Source: Setoptus koraiensis
Lineage: Eukaryota > Animalia > Arthropoda
DNA length: 64,000 nt
Direction of reading: 5' to 3'
Assembly: GCA_048013815.1 (NCBI GenBank)
Contig: CM106585.1
Coordinates: 2,666,001 to 2,730,000, forward strand
How positions within the stretch are numbered: position 1 is the first letter of the stretch; each line of letters begins with the position of its first letter. Both the position numbers and the translations under genes were made by a program. The notes under the pieces were generated by a model, which made no database searches, was not told where the DNA came from, and worked only from the letters and a program-made list of their open reading frames with translations. Below are positions 48,096 through 60,860 of this stretch, one piece after another.

Positions 48096-49007
48096 GTTCG
48101 CGACGAAAAATCATGCGAATTAATTCATTTCGTTGCAATCCTTTACCTCAAGTACTTGGATTATTTATTTAGGGTGACAAATCGCAGAGTTCAAGCAAGC
48201 AGACAACCAGTCTGAAAACTGGACAAACTAACAATAACGGCTTTAACCTTGACAAACGACCGTTGCGCGAAATCCTTGATTAATTGAAACGTTCAACGTA
48301 TTAGAATAACCTCCCAATTCATCATTGGGACTGAACGGATACCCGCCAAACCTGACTCCCTCAACCAGTTAAAAAGAAGGGAACTTTGCGAAGGATGAAC
48401 TTGATAAGACGATCTATATCGCACGAGTCCTCGCGGTGGTATAATTTTCATTGTGAATCGATATTTAAATAAATAGATTCGAGTTTGGATTGTCTACCTC
48501 AATCAAAAATGCTGTTAATGTAGAGAGAGAGAGCACGTAATAAAAATTTGTCGCTTCTGGAGCTTTTATTATACAGAGTAGCTTGTGGATAGAAACTTAC
48601 AAGATACAGACGTTTAATTCTTAAAAATGCTCGGGCCTGGTAGGAATTAAGGCTAGCAGGGGTTCACTGTTTTAGAAACAAGAAAAGGAGGAAGAGCATC
48701 ACTTGGATGAATTTTATAAACCTCGATTCGATTCTACATTAGATTATTTACAAGGTGTAGTTTAAGTAGGTAGCGCAAGTTGTTTATCAGAACAGGTGGG
48801 TCACTGCGCTTCAGTATACTAATGGGAAGACAAGGAATTAAAACTTTCAATATCCAGATGAGGTAGTGTGTTCGAAATTCTTCAAGATATAACAGAGACA
48901 TCGGTGAATACGCCATGTTAGGTGAATGGCTTGTAATAACGCTCTTCGAGACATGGCTACTTGAAACTAAGCCTAAGTCATATTTACAATACTTCCAACA
49001 CAAGTTT

Positions 49008-49748
49008 CTAAACTACCTCGAGACTTCTTTTTAGGGTCCTCACCATACATAAAGCACCAACAATACAGGAGATTCCGAATACTATAAGAATGCACAACAC
49101 CATCCTAAATTTGTCGATATTTGCATAGAAAAAATCTATGATAGTTTTGTAACATCCTACTTTAAAGTCGGACTCAACACAGTACTGGAAAACTGGTAAA
49201 CTAGATTCTGTAGGTTCTTTGCAGCATGTTGGGGGTATCTTGTGTAATGAATATTCGGACCAATCGCTGGGTGAATTTACCCCACAACATTTGAATCGCT
49301 TCTGTAGACTATCCCAGCCTTTCGTCTTGATGTCATCATGATTGGTAAAATCATACATAGTTATAGTGGCATTGACAGTTCCTTTGTCTAATTCTTTGTG
49401 TCCCGATTGCTGATCGCTCATTTGAAATGTGAGGGTAACCATCATAATGAGAAATACTACCATCATGAAAATGATTGCTGCATAGAGTGTTAGCGCAGCT
49501 CTAGATTTTTTGACCGCACCACAGAATCCTATAAGGGATAGTAGAGCTATTATGACGCCAGTCCCTGCACCAATAATCGAGATATATGTGTGTACCACAT
49601 TTGGGTGAGAATCGTTGAGACTATCCAAACCGAAATCTCTATCGAACGCACTGATACTGACATATAGCAAATACATTGCTATGGCTGTGACTACAAGATT
49701 CACCGTTATGACGTAATAACGTGAACAACTGTAGCAGATTCGCGTCAT
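49008..49748 (-). CDS. Tetraspanin (CD63/CD9-like), intronless, 246 aa
   Basis: Four hydrophobic segments, GFCGAVKKS after TM2, EC2 with CCG, SPSDW, PPTCC and GCY motifs. Confidence 0.93.
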   Translation of the reverse strand: MTRICYSCSRYYVITVNLVVTAIAMYLLYVSISAFDRDFGLDSLNDSHPNVVHTYISIIGAGTGVIIALLSLIGFCGAVKKSRAALTLYAAIIFMMVVFLIMMVTLTFQMSDQQSGHKELDKGTVNATITMYDFTNHDDIKTKGWDSLQKRFKCCGVNSPSDWSEYSLHKIPPTCCKEPTESSLPVFQYCVESDFKVGCYKTIIDFFYANIDKFRMVLCILIVFGISCIVGALCMVRTLKRSLEVV

Positions 49749-52700
49749 TTTTATAAATTATCTATACCTTGTTAATAATGGTCCTTTGAGGAAGATTAAT
49801 TGGTTTAATCAATGGTTCGTTGGATTTGTAGATGCAATGGTGCTCTTGCATCAGAGGTTGAAGATTTTTTATAGATGATAACTTTGTACCAAAGATATCT
49901 AGATTATTTGACAAATGTTGTATCCTGAGTGATCGATGGTATAATAAATAATACGCAAAATGGTGAGCTTGAAAATGTTTTTGGCAGATCTCTATCACTT
50001 GCTCTCTAAATCTTATAGGAAGTGAGGTATGATATCTCTGGGATTTATCCGGAGAACAGTTTTCGGGCAGTTAATTGGTAGTTTCGATTCGGTTAGGTGA
50101 GCCAATGACTTATTGTGCTATTAGTTGACTATATATAGAATTAAACTCTATAAAGATTGGCGATGTAATGTATGAATATACAAATATAGATAGTATTACG
50201 AAAAAATATAAGATATAGTGATAATTAGACTAAATTGTACTAAATACTTCGAAAATATTGACCATTAGTAAAGAAGTGTGCGTGAAAATAGCTTGAATAT
50301 TTTCTAGGTTCACATGTTAGTATATCATTAATATTATATAAGAGTGGTATTTAGTTGCTCTGTAACGTCTTTGCTTGTTAAACTAGAGTGCAGCTGAGGT
50401 GTCGGAGTACTTGATAACGATGGTGTTGGTAGTCGCCATCCCTACGTACATGTATGTATAGTACATGATGCCCTAAAGAGAGTATGGTCTGCTTTATATC
50501 GATGGTTCGGTTGTGCTGCCCTTGCTCATACAACACACGCTAGAACACACACTCGAAATACAAACAAACATATTATGTAGGTGTATTGGAAAGCACTGGC
50601 GACAGACCATTACTTGATGGACGGATGCTTGTTATTTCTGTATCTAAGAATATGATCATGTCAGTTAGAAATTTCAGCACGATTATGCTATAGTGCCATT
50701 TGGTTTTGATGATCGAAGCAAGCCCATTTTACATCTTGCTTGGTTAGTTGGCATGAGAATTATGGAGCTTTGAAAGAGCGTTGAAAAATCGTTTTTTCAA
50801 TATTAATGAAATTCGACTATCTCAGTGTAGTGGAATTTGCAGTTTATACATTAGCACCGTCAAGTTCATTGATCGTGAATATCAAATGAGAAATAGAAAC
50901 AAAGAAAATTAGCTTCTATGAACAGTATTGATGAAAGCTGCGAAGAGTACCATGACAGAATTTCTTTTTTTTTCGAGGTTTTTCAAAAATTGAAGACTGC
51001 TCGTTGCTAGTTGGCAATCGCTCGCTAGATCGCAATTTTGTGCATATCGATTCATGTGTATCGATTGGGTTGCGAAGCAATTTAATAGCAATCGCGATTA
51101 AAATTTCTTTCTCACGTCATGTGAACTGGTATGTGTTACGAAGTATTGTCGTGCGTAACATGTAGAAAGCACACTGGAGTTCTTCTTTGCATAGACTATC
51201 CAGCATAGACATATCTACTGGTGAGATTCAAGATGAAACACCGTAGACGACTATACGATGATTAGATGATAAGGCAGCAATTTCAGAAATGCTTTTCGGC
51301 AAATCTATTGAGTCATGATGCATTTGTGTGGCTCACTTGATGACTTGAACTGTGCGTAAATTGTAATTGTTCACATATACCAGTTGTTTACGATTAATGT
51401 CTCGAAATATAATTGATGTTTTCATGAACAAGTGATCATTAAATGATTACCAGCGAATCTGAATGATTGTTATCATTGTAGTAGAGAGAGCGAAAGAGGA
51501 AATGGGAATCATAGTTGTCTGCGATGGGAATTGGAGCTTGTGTGATGGAGTGTGTGGTCATTGAGTTGATTAGGAAAATTCATGAGCTTAGAGAAGTGGA
51601 ATGAAATTTGGATTAAGCGAGTTAAGTGGATTGTTGCGCCGGAGCCTGGCGTAAGTTAGAAGAAAGCATATTTAGGCACAAATATTGAGCTTGCGTTCAA
51701 TTTCTGCATGGTGAGCGCTTATATTTCGAGAGATAAATTGGCTCAATGCGAATGAGGATAGCTGCTGATGTGAGCGCCACCACATGGAGTTGCTAAAGCT
51801 GATGATGATAAATTAAGTGATTATAAGTTGATGATGATCGATTTGTGGCTTGCTGGTCTGGGGCATTGTTGATAGGCTTGTTGCGACGGTGCGACTATTC
51901 ACTGTGTTGGGCCATGTAAGCGGTCTGTTGTTGCAGGACCTTTTCTCACAATGAGCCGTCTCTGATATGTTGCTCTGACTGCGCCGGTTGAATGTTGATG
52001 CATCAAGACTAAGAAATGAAATGAAATGAAAAGAAGTAACCTTCTCCACTAACCTGTTTGTCGTTGTTGGTCAATTTGTCGTATTTGTGGCACGACAACA
52101 AGTGTTGTTCCCTTTTGGTGCGAGCTCGATTCGATTGGGTTTTGTACTTGTTTTGGTTTTTTTGAGCGCGGCTCGTATTGCTGGCTTGGGGTGGTACAAA
52201 GTGTGACAGTTTCGACACAGAATGTGAGTTTCGACACAGAATGTGACAGTTTCAATTGTCCAGTGATCGCCGATGAAAATGACAATAGTGACGGAATTTG
52301 AGGTCCTAACTGGTGAATATCGATCAATTGATTATTTTATATTTATAATATTAATTGTGTTTGTGCAAACGATACTAATCTGTGGCCGTTGGGTAATAAT
52401 GTAATAATGTGATAACGTATGGTGGCGACAAATGCGGCTAAACGAGTAGTGCAGGTATGATAATAATTGTGATAATAATTGACAATGAATTTGCGCCGGT
52501 GGCTCTCAATTGATCGAGTGGGGCTTTCTGTGGGGCTCACATCAATTGGGCACAGCGTGCTGAAGGTACACACACACACACACAAACGGAAAGTGACGAT
52601 GTATTGCTGTTGTGATGGCATTCGCTGGTGGCTCGTTCGATGGCGCCGAACTATTCGAGAAGGAACATCTCACACGAGCGTGTGTTTGCTGGCCGACTCA

Positions 52701-54753
52701 CTAAATTTTGTGCAGGCAACAATTGCCAGTGTGTGTTGCTGCTGGCTGCTGTCTGCTGGTGATGATGAGTTTCACGAGTTAGTGTTCGCTTATTTCTGCT
52801 GCTGCTAACTTGCTGGTGTCCATTAACTGTGCCGCACAGAGCGTACAGTATCTTGGAACAATTGTAAACACTAATGGCAGCAGCGCAAATTCGCAGCATA
52901 AATGCGCTTCGACGTGTGTGCTGGTGCGCTTGCTGGCCGGTGCAACTGGTGCACCGAAACATGACGACCGATTCTCTTGAGAACTGTTGTCTGTGTGTCT
53001 GGCGCACACACAATTGCACAGTGCTTGCTACCCCCCTGCGCAGTTGTTGTTGCCCCCGACCAACTCACAGCAGCGGCCATGTTGCAGCGCCGGTTGTGAG
53101 GTTGGCCTCACAAAAAGTTCGATGCTTGTGCGACCATTAGGAGGGGCTTTTAGCATGCTAAAAAGATTACAAGTTTATGAGAGAGAGAGAGAGAAAGAAT
53201 GAAAGCTCGCAAAAAAGTTCGATGTCTCGGCCACTAATCTATCTGGAGCCTTGCTTGTGTTCGCTGTGGACTGGCGCTTTGGTGAGCTCAAGCGACCAGC
53301 TCGGGCAACACTTTATGGCAGCGCTAGACACGACACAAGCAATATTAGCCCATATTAGCCTGCCGCTAATACACTAATACTGTACACGATGGGCTGCCGA
53401 TGCACGACGGTAACGCAATCTTACATTCTCTAGTTACTAGAGAGTCCAACACCAGAAGAGCGCTTTCTCCCCGTGTGTGTGTACGTTATTGTTGCACTCT
53501 CGTTGTAAGCAAATAAACAAAACACAGCCAGCCTGAGCAAGACAAAAGAAACATGATCATAATGATGTTGATTATCGTAACAAATAATTACATAACATTT
53601 GTTTACTTTTCTCTTTATTAGCCCCGTGTGTGTGTGCGTATAATATGCACATCACAGTCTGATGATCAGACTATGGTGACCAGAGTGGCGCTCAACAACG
53701 AGCTCACGAGTTGTTGAGCGAAAGAAAGAAGAATCGCACAATTATCACCGACAAATGGTCAGATGAATATAACAATATCAGTGCATTAGGACTTTGGCCA
53801 ATGCGAGAGTGGAAAAGCAAACAAGAGCTCCGTCACATCCTCCTACTAATTAGAGTCGCTTCAGGTCGTTTTATCCTAACGAGATGACGACAACTATGTT
53901 GCTGCTAATAGTTGGTGTGTGAGTGCAGGCTAGTAACTTACTACTGTACTAATGTAAGAAAATAGGCAAGCCGTGACGCTTTTTTACTCGCCTTGACTTG
54001 TCTTAAATGTCAACACAACTTTGCACAACTACTCGAGATCATTCAACGGAAGTGATAAAGAAAGGTGCAGAAACCACTCGCTGGTCACCGTGATGACGTT
54101 TTTATCCAAATTAAAGCTATTCTAGGCTCTCTTTATCAGCTTACCAGCACAAATTGTGCCTTGCTTGCAAAATCACCACTACCTAACACCTTGTCAGCGC
54201 AGATTGTTAAAATGATTATAAGAATTCATTTTTGTTTAGATTCACTGATAGCCAATGGTAGATCCCAGACGAATCAGCGGATCGGCTATCATCCATCACC
54301 AACTTGGCGTTAAGCTAACCGCCAACAGCCATTTAGTGGTCACAATATCACATACGATACAATGAGACTCTCCTTAATGTTGGAAGCATTCGCAATGATG
54401 GATAAATGAGACGAACGTCTTGTTTATGGTTTATTCCTCAAGTCAAACATGAGATAATAGCTTAGAGATTGTTGTAGTCTCACTAATCATAGAATAATTC
54501 AGGAACTCTTGGCAACTTGGAAATGTCAGTAATCCTGTAGTGGACTTGCGAGCAACATTTGACATCCTCACATTACATATAAAACGGCAGCTGTATGTCG
54601 TTTCCATAATGAGTATCACAGATACTACTACTGATGACATCTATGCAATCGTCTGTTTAATTACCTATATATATAAGTTGTTTTATTTATCAAACAAACT
54701 CAGGCTACTACTGACACTCATGAAATATTTAATTGATTGTGTTGCCAGTCTTA

Positions 54754-54757
<4 letters not shown>

Positions 54758-54815
<58 letters not shown>
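54758..54815. repeat. (CT)n microsatellite
   Basis: About 27 dinucleotide units. Confidence 0.95.
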
Positions 54816-54819
<4 letters not shown>

Positions 54820-57800
54820 CGACTTCCACTCGACTCATCTACCAACACACAACATCGGAGCCACACTTTATAGCAGATGAAATAGAATCTATCATTATAT
54901 ACATCGTTATTGCAAATGAGATGAAGGCACACTCCGGCTAATGGATAATATAAAGATAGGCACACTTTTTTTTATTTAGGATATCTAGTTAGGAAACACT
55001 GTCGCACTTCACATGAGCGAGAACGAAGAAAACCTCCTGATGATTGTCAATCGGCTTGCTCCAATCATTGTTTTTGATTGCTACAGTGTATGTCTACAGA
55101 GCTGGCATAGTTATTGCATGTGATAAAAGCGTCGTCTGGCAGAATGAGAAGCCTTGTTCTAACAATTTGTTATTTTGAAACAAGCTTTGCTGCAAACCGA
55201 TGCAGGCTAGTGCTGAGACGCTTTTTTGGATTCGTCATCAACAGCACTGTGGTGACACCCGTAGATATAATCCATTTTTTGCTGCCTCAACTGGCGAAAG
55301 CCTCAACAATAAGTGACAGATGTATAGTAATTCTATTGTTCAGCTTGTTTTAGATTTGTTGGTTGTGTAGAAAACTATTATTATACGGAAGCCTAGATAT
55401 CATCGATACCTTATAGATCACGCCCAACAGTCTTAAACTTTACAATCTAGTCAGTTCGGATTTCAAGTGATCAAACAGGTGGAGTTCTTGGCAAACTGGT
55501 TGGATTGTTACATATTTATTCATGGAATGTCTTGAATCTTACAAAAGAGCCAGCTTATGTCAAAAGAATTGGTTTTGCTAGCAAATACTCCTGCAACAAC
55601 AAGTGTCTTGTTGTGTGTTGAATGACTTCTCTCATGAGGGCAAGGCTTCTTACCAAAGTTGTCCTGCTGTTGCTGTTGTTTGCGTTGCCATCTTGCCAGC
55701 ATCCTCGCGACTTTTCCCTAGCAAGGCAAGTATTTGTGGAAGAGTAATCGCTTGGACAAGCTGGGCCTAAATATATTTATTGATATCAATGAACGACGGT
55801 TGGGTGCTAGCTTAGGTGAAAAATCGAGACGATTTAATTTGCGGTCGAAAGAACAAACCCTCTAACCAATCTATTGCCAACCACCACCTCCACAGGTAAC
55901 ATAAACAAGCATAACAATAAATCTTTCTCAGTTTCGAATCAAATGGCAGGCGTGCCTTTGCACTGCTTAATTACTTTCAACATCACACGACGCCATTCTG
56001 TCATAGTTTAGAATGGAACACAACCGAAATGTAGCTGCTTGTCTTGGCCGATTAATGAATTGAATAATAGCCCCGAAAGCATGTCTCATTTTTTTTTTAT
56101 CGCTAGTCGAGCAGTCAGGTTGTTGTACCCAATAGAGTTATGGATGGCTCAATAAGATTAATGTTTGCAACACCAGGAGCTAATATTAATAGCCAACATG
56201 ATGTTAATGACAAATTTCTTCTTGTTCGTTCCAATGGTTATATATATAAATGGGTGCATTGAGAGAGTTGAACAAAGTTTTCTCTCTCTACTCTTGACCA
56301 ATCACACTGGTCAGTGTGCGAAAAGCCGCCGTTTCTGTCTGTTTAACAAAGAGACACATCCGTGAAATCATCTGTCGTCGTCAGTTGGCACTCATTCTCT
56401 TTTGTCCTGTTTACGAGGACAAAACAGTATAAAATGTACTGTTTTATCGTTGTATTAACACTACAGCTACAACAGAGTTACTACCGACAACAACTCGCTT
56501 TCGAGTTGTACCGACAATGCCAAGACATACTGTTTTCAGAATGGTTAGGTAAACAATGCGCGTTTTTGGAAGCCAAGAGCTGGCAGCAATTGGTAATTGG
56601 GTGATTGGTTGCGTCAATTGAATAGTTATTGAAACAAAACTTTGTGAATAGTCACTGCTTGCTGCATAGTGCTTTTAATGTTTAATGTATATGTTGTTGG
56701 CTGTGATGATGAATAAATACACTTGTACATACACCACACCACTCCAGACTAGACCAGGCCTAAAAAACAATCCATTCAGGTGTGAGCGGAAACGACCAGC
56801 TAGCATCGATGATGGTTATTTATGAAATAAGTTTTCATCTATTGATGGACGTGAGACGAGAAAGCAAGAACCCCTAAGGCCAATACCATCATTTGTAACA
56901 ATGTTCATTGAGAATCAATCGTCCAGACACTAGGAATGACGTAGACATAGATAGATATAGATAAATATCAGCATATTGCATCAAGTAATCGCTTCTTAAT
57001 CTATCCAACACACTATTAATAAGCTAAAGCTACATGGAATCAAATGAACAGATGGACAAGAAGATAAAATTAAAGCAACGAAGAACAAGCACAATCAAAG
57101 ATTTGATAGTTGTTGTTGCTGTTACATAATACATTGCATCAGCAGCTAAGCTAATCTTGTGACTTGCACACAATCGTTGAGGGGTGCAGCAGCAAAGGTT
57201 GTTCTTCTACAATGAACTTGTTGTTGCTGGTGCCGCCATCAAAACAGAATCATCGTGCGAGTTCCTAGAATAGTTGGTAATGTGAATAACGAATCCAATG
57301 AAACGTTGTAGGCAAATTTATTGGCTTGACCGTGAAATAAGTGTGCTGAGTAGAACTGAACGACAGAGTTTACTAGTGATATCAGGCAATTACCTGCTGT
57401 TTTTCTATTCTCATTCTTTCTTTGCCTTCTACAAATGCGAAACATCTTATAATATCAACTTGAACAACATTGGATGTTTCTCTTCGTCTATGTCCGTCTC
57501 GTTGGACATGAACAGTTCGTACAGGCAACCCGAGTCGACCTGTTTCTGCAATAGAGTGGTCATGACGTGAAGTGTAAGACTCACCATCATGTATTATTAT
57601 TACCATTATTATAGTGCTGGCGCCACATTTACTGCCAGCACCACCATGTTTCAGATAATTGCCTCACGTGTCTAGCATAACTATCTCCCTATTACAATTC
57701 CTAGTAACCACTCTACTGGACATATACACAGAATCTAGCGTTGAATCATGCAACAGTTGTTGACTTGCTAACGATTATTATAAGCACTGTCCAACAGCTA

Positions 57801-58747
57801 ACGTCATCATAGGCATCATCGATTTTGCTCTCTATTACTTGGTTGGCAATCTGAAATGTTCCGCATCACTTTCCGACCTTTCACTCTCACAACAAACGTG
57901 TTTGACCGTATCTAACCTATTGGTTGCGATGAAAGTAGTCATCAGTAACAATAATTGCGATCCTACTCATGCTATCTAGGCATCAATGTCAATTCTCTCA
58001 CTGAAACATACCAAAAGTCAAGTCATCTTATAACTTCTCTGATCACCTCACCTGAAATTAGTTTGCCGATTAGCTGATTTTCGAGTACATCTTGGTTGAG
58101 CCTTCTCCATTAGCAATTGACATATCAAAACCGCGAGGTAATACACAAAGCTAATCTTCCAACGATCAGTTGTCAGATGATTTATCAAAATGATGGATTT
58201 CTACACAATTGTCCCAGTAGATGAGAAACCGCCGAGTGATTTTAATTTGTCAATCCCCATAGATTAATGAGTGAGGATAGTGTGAACGATTGAACATTTG
58301 CTGTCTCCGTGTTTACTTTTGTTTCTCGACTCTCTTCAACTTACTATTCTGCCTCAGAATAGTAAGTTCTCTGATGGTATATAAATGAATTGACGATCTA
58401 CCATTGGCATTATACCATTGTTTTGCTCCGCAAAGTACCTCTGACAGATGGCGGGGTTTATTCGAGAAGAGCATAGACTGAAAAAGTGTAGATCTTCTTG
58501 GGAAGAACGTTTGCGTTGACTTGAGTGAATTTATTTATAATATTTATAAGTTATTTATACTGATTTTTTGGACGATCAGAAAGTTGAACTTTGAATTAAA
58601 AATATTCTAAACTGATCAAGACCGACGCCAATGGACAGCCGTTCATAATTTATATCGCTGACTTGATCACAACCATGTCACATCTGCCTGATTGATTGTC
58701 GACAGAAGCTTAGCAGTTACTAAACAGAATAAACTGGATGCTAGAGA

Positions 58748-60860
58748 TCACACTGCGTCTTCAACCGACATCAACAATGGATTGACATACTCAAAACCCT
58801 CAAATTCACTTTGATCTATTCTCTTCATCTCTTCATCGTTATCTGGAGTAAATCTAACTTCTTCACTTGTGAAAGTTGGGTCGAAATGTGTCAAGTCTCG
58901 ATCAGTTTTGCACTCAGGTTTGTATGGCGGTGTGACTTGCCGTCTTTCTAGTAGATCCCAATTTATAGGACGGAAGAATTCGTGTTCTGTTATCTCCCTA
59001 AATCCAATGCCCGGTTTACAACCTAGTCTCTCTGCTGGATCTTTTTTCAGGAATGCTTTAAGAATATTTTGAGCCCTAACGTGAATAGTCCTAGGTATAC
59101 GGATGGCTTTCTCGAGAATGATTTGGAATAAAAGATCCTCGGAGTTATTTTCTTGAACGGCTTGCTGATCGAACGGCGATCTTCCCGCTAACATTTCATA
59201 CAACAAAACTCCTAAAGCCCACCAATCCACGCTGAAATCATATTCCTCTCCTCTGAGCAATTCCGGTGATATGTAATTCTACATATTTTAATTAAATAAC
59301 GATCATCAGTTAGTCGAATCAAAGTCATGTGAAAGATTGATGATAACGAGAAATAATAATTATTTTTACTTACCGGTGTTCCACAGAATGTTTGAGTTTT
59401 CTCGCCATCTCTTATTCCTTCTTTGCACATTCCATAATCAGTAAGCTTGATGTGACCTTCGTGATCCAAGACAACGTTGTCTAGTTTTAAATCTCGATAA
59501 ATGATACCTCTATTATGTAGGTAGTTGAGGGCTAATGATATTTCAGCTGCATAAAATCTAGCATGGTCCTCATGTAACTTTTTATTCCGTTGCATGTGGT
59601 ACATGAGATCTCCTCCACGCACGAACTCTATTACGAAGAATAACCTGTTGATGAATAATAATGATATTTCAAGAAGAATGTGTTAAGATTATGTTATTAC
59701 GGGTCTTTAGTCAACTATCAAAATCTGTGTTCTTATCAACTAAAAGTTACAACGTACCTGCTATTATTTTGGAAGCACGAATGCAATCCTACCAAAAATG
59801 GGTAATTTGAAGCCAGTTCATAGACATGTTTCTCTGTTTGCACCCAATCAATGTCGTCGTCTCCAAGAAAGATTTCTTTCTTAATAACTTTCATCGCATA
59901 AATACGTTTCGTTGCCTTGAGTTCTACCATGAGCACCTTTGCATAGCTACCCCTTCCTATGACACGCAGCAATTCGAAATCCTCTAGCTTATATTGGGGC
60001 TGTTCATCTACGTCACCCTTTTCCATGTCTATGCTTTGCTCGTTGGCACCTACAGTGGATGCAGTTGGGGCCGCATTGGCGCCATTATGGTAATTTGTTG
60101 TGGCGCCGGCAGCGGCTCTGGAACGTGAATTAGTTTGATGACTATCATTGTAAGCCTCATTAGCACTACCTTGATGATGATAATGATCTACACCTTTTGT
60201 GCCTAAATATTGCTGAGCCTCCCATGGGGCTCTATTTTGGTGTTGTGAGGCTTGTTGTAGTTGAGGATGATGGATATCGTTTTGACCGCATGGCATTTTG
60301 CACAATTTGTGACATTTCTTATGTACCATTAATTTACAATTTTGACACTTGAATCCGCACCGGCCCAGACCCCATATTCTGTCGTGACAATAGGCACAGG
60401 AGGCCTTCCTGTTAAAACGTTTAGGATCATAAATGTGACCATAGATAATATATTTGGTTTTTTCACGCCACTTTCTAGCACCGCGTCTATATATGGTGCC
60501 ATCTTCGCCTTGGCAGGGCATGCCGGGCATTAGTGGCTGCGATGAGAATATGTACAATTGAATTTCTCGTTCTGTCTTATTTGATTGATTATTACATAAT
60601 GTCAGCATTTCATCTAGTTCCTCTTGACAAGACAACAGGCATGCGTCGCCTTCGTCGTCTATCCATTTCATTGTGAATTTTTGCAATTGATTCAATTGTT
60701 GATTTGTTGTTAATACTCTCTGTGAATTACAAATATCCCTAACTTCGTCAATTAATTTCTCCAACGTTATGTTCGGGTCAATATATGTGACCATGTTGAT
60801 TTTATCATTTTGTTGGTACCTGTAGATTACTCTAACTTTAAGCTCGTCTCTGGCGCTCAT
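58748..60860 (-). CDS. aPKC: Atypical protein kinase C (PKC iota/zeta). Exons (minus): 60860-59758, 59644-59374, 59278-58748; 634 aa
   Basis: Exons 1103+271+531=1905 nt, in frame. PB1 ([10 protein letters not shown]), pseudosubstrate [10 protein letters not shown], one C1 domain, [31 protein letters not shown]|NYISPE, hydrophobic motif FEGFEYVNP. Confidence 0.96.

Noticed and set aside
50000-58400. Known conserved miRNAs or mobile-element ORFs in the long intergenic stretches (also 26-35 kb)
   Set aside because: Only partial matches of up to 12 nt to remembered miRNAs (e.g. miR-281-like CATGGAGTTGCT at about 51783) without hairpins; no RT, integrase or transposase ORF, TIR or LTR seen. A RepeatMasker/miRBase search would be needed to exclude them fully.
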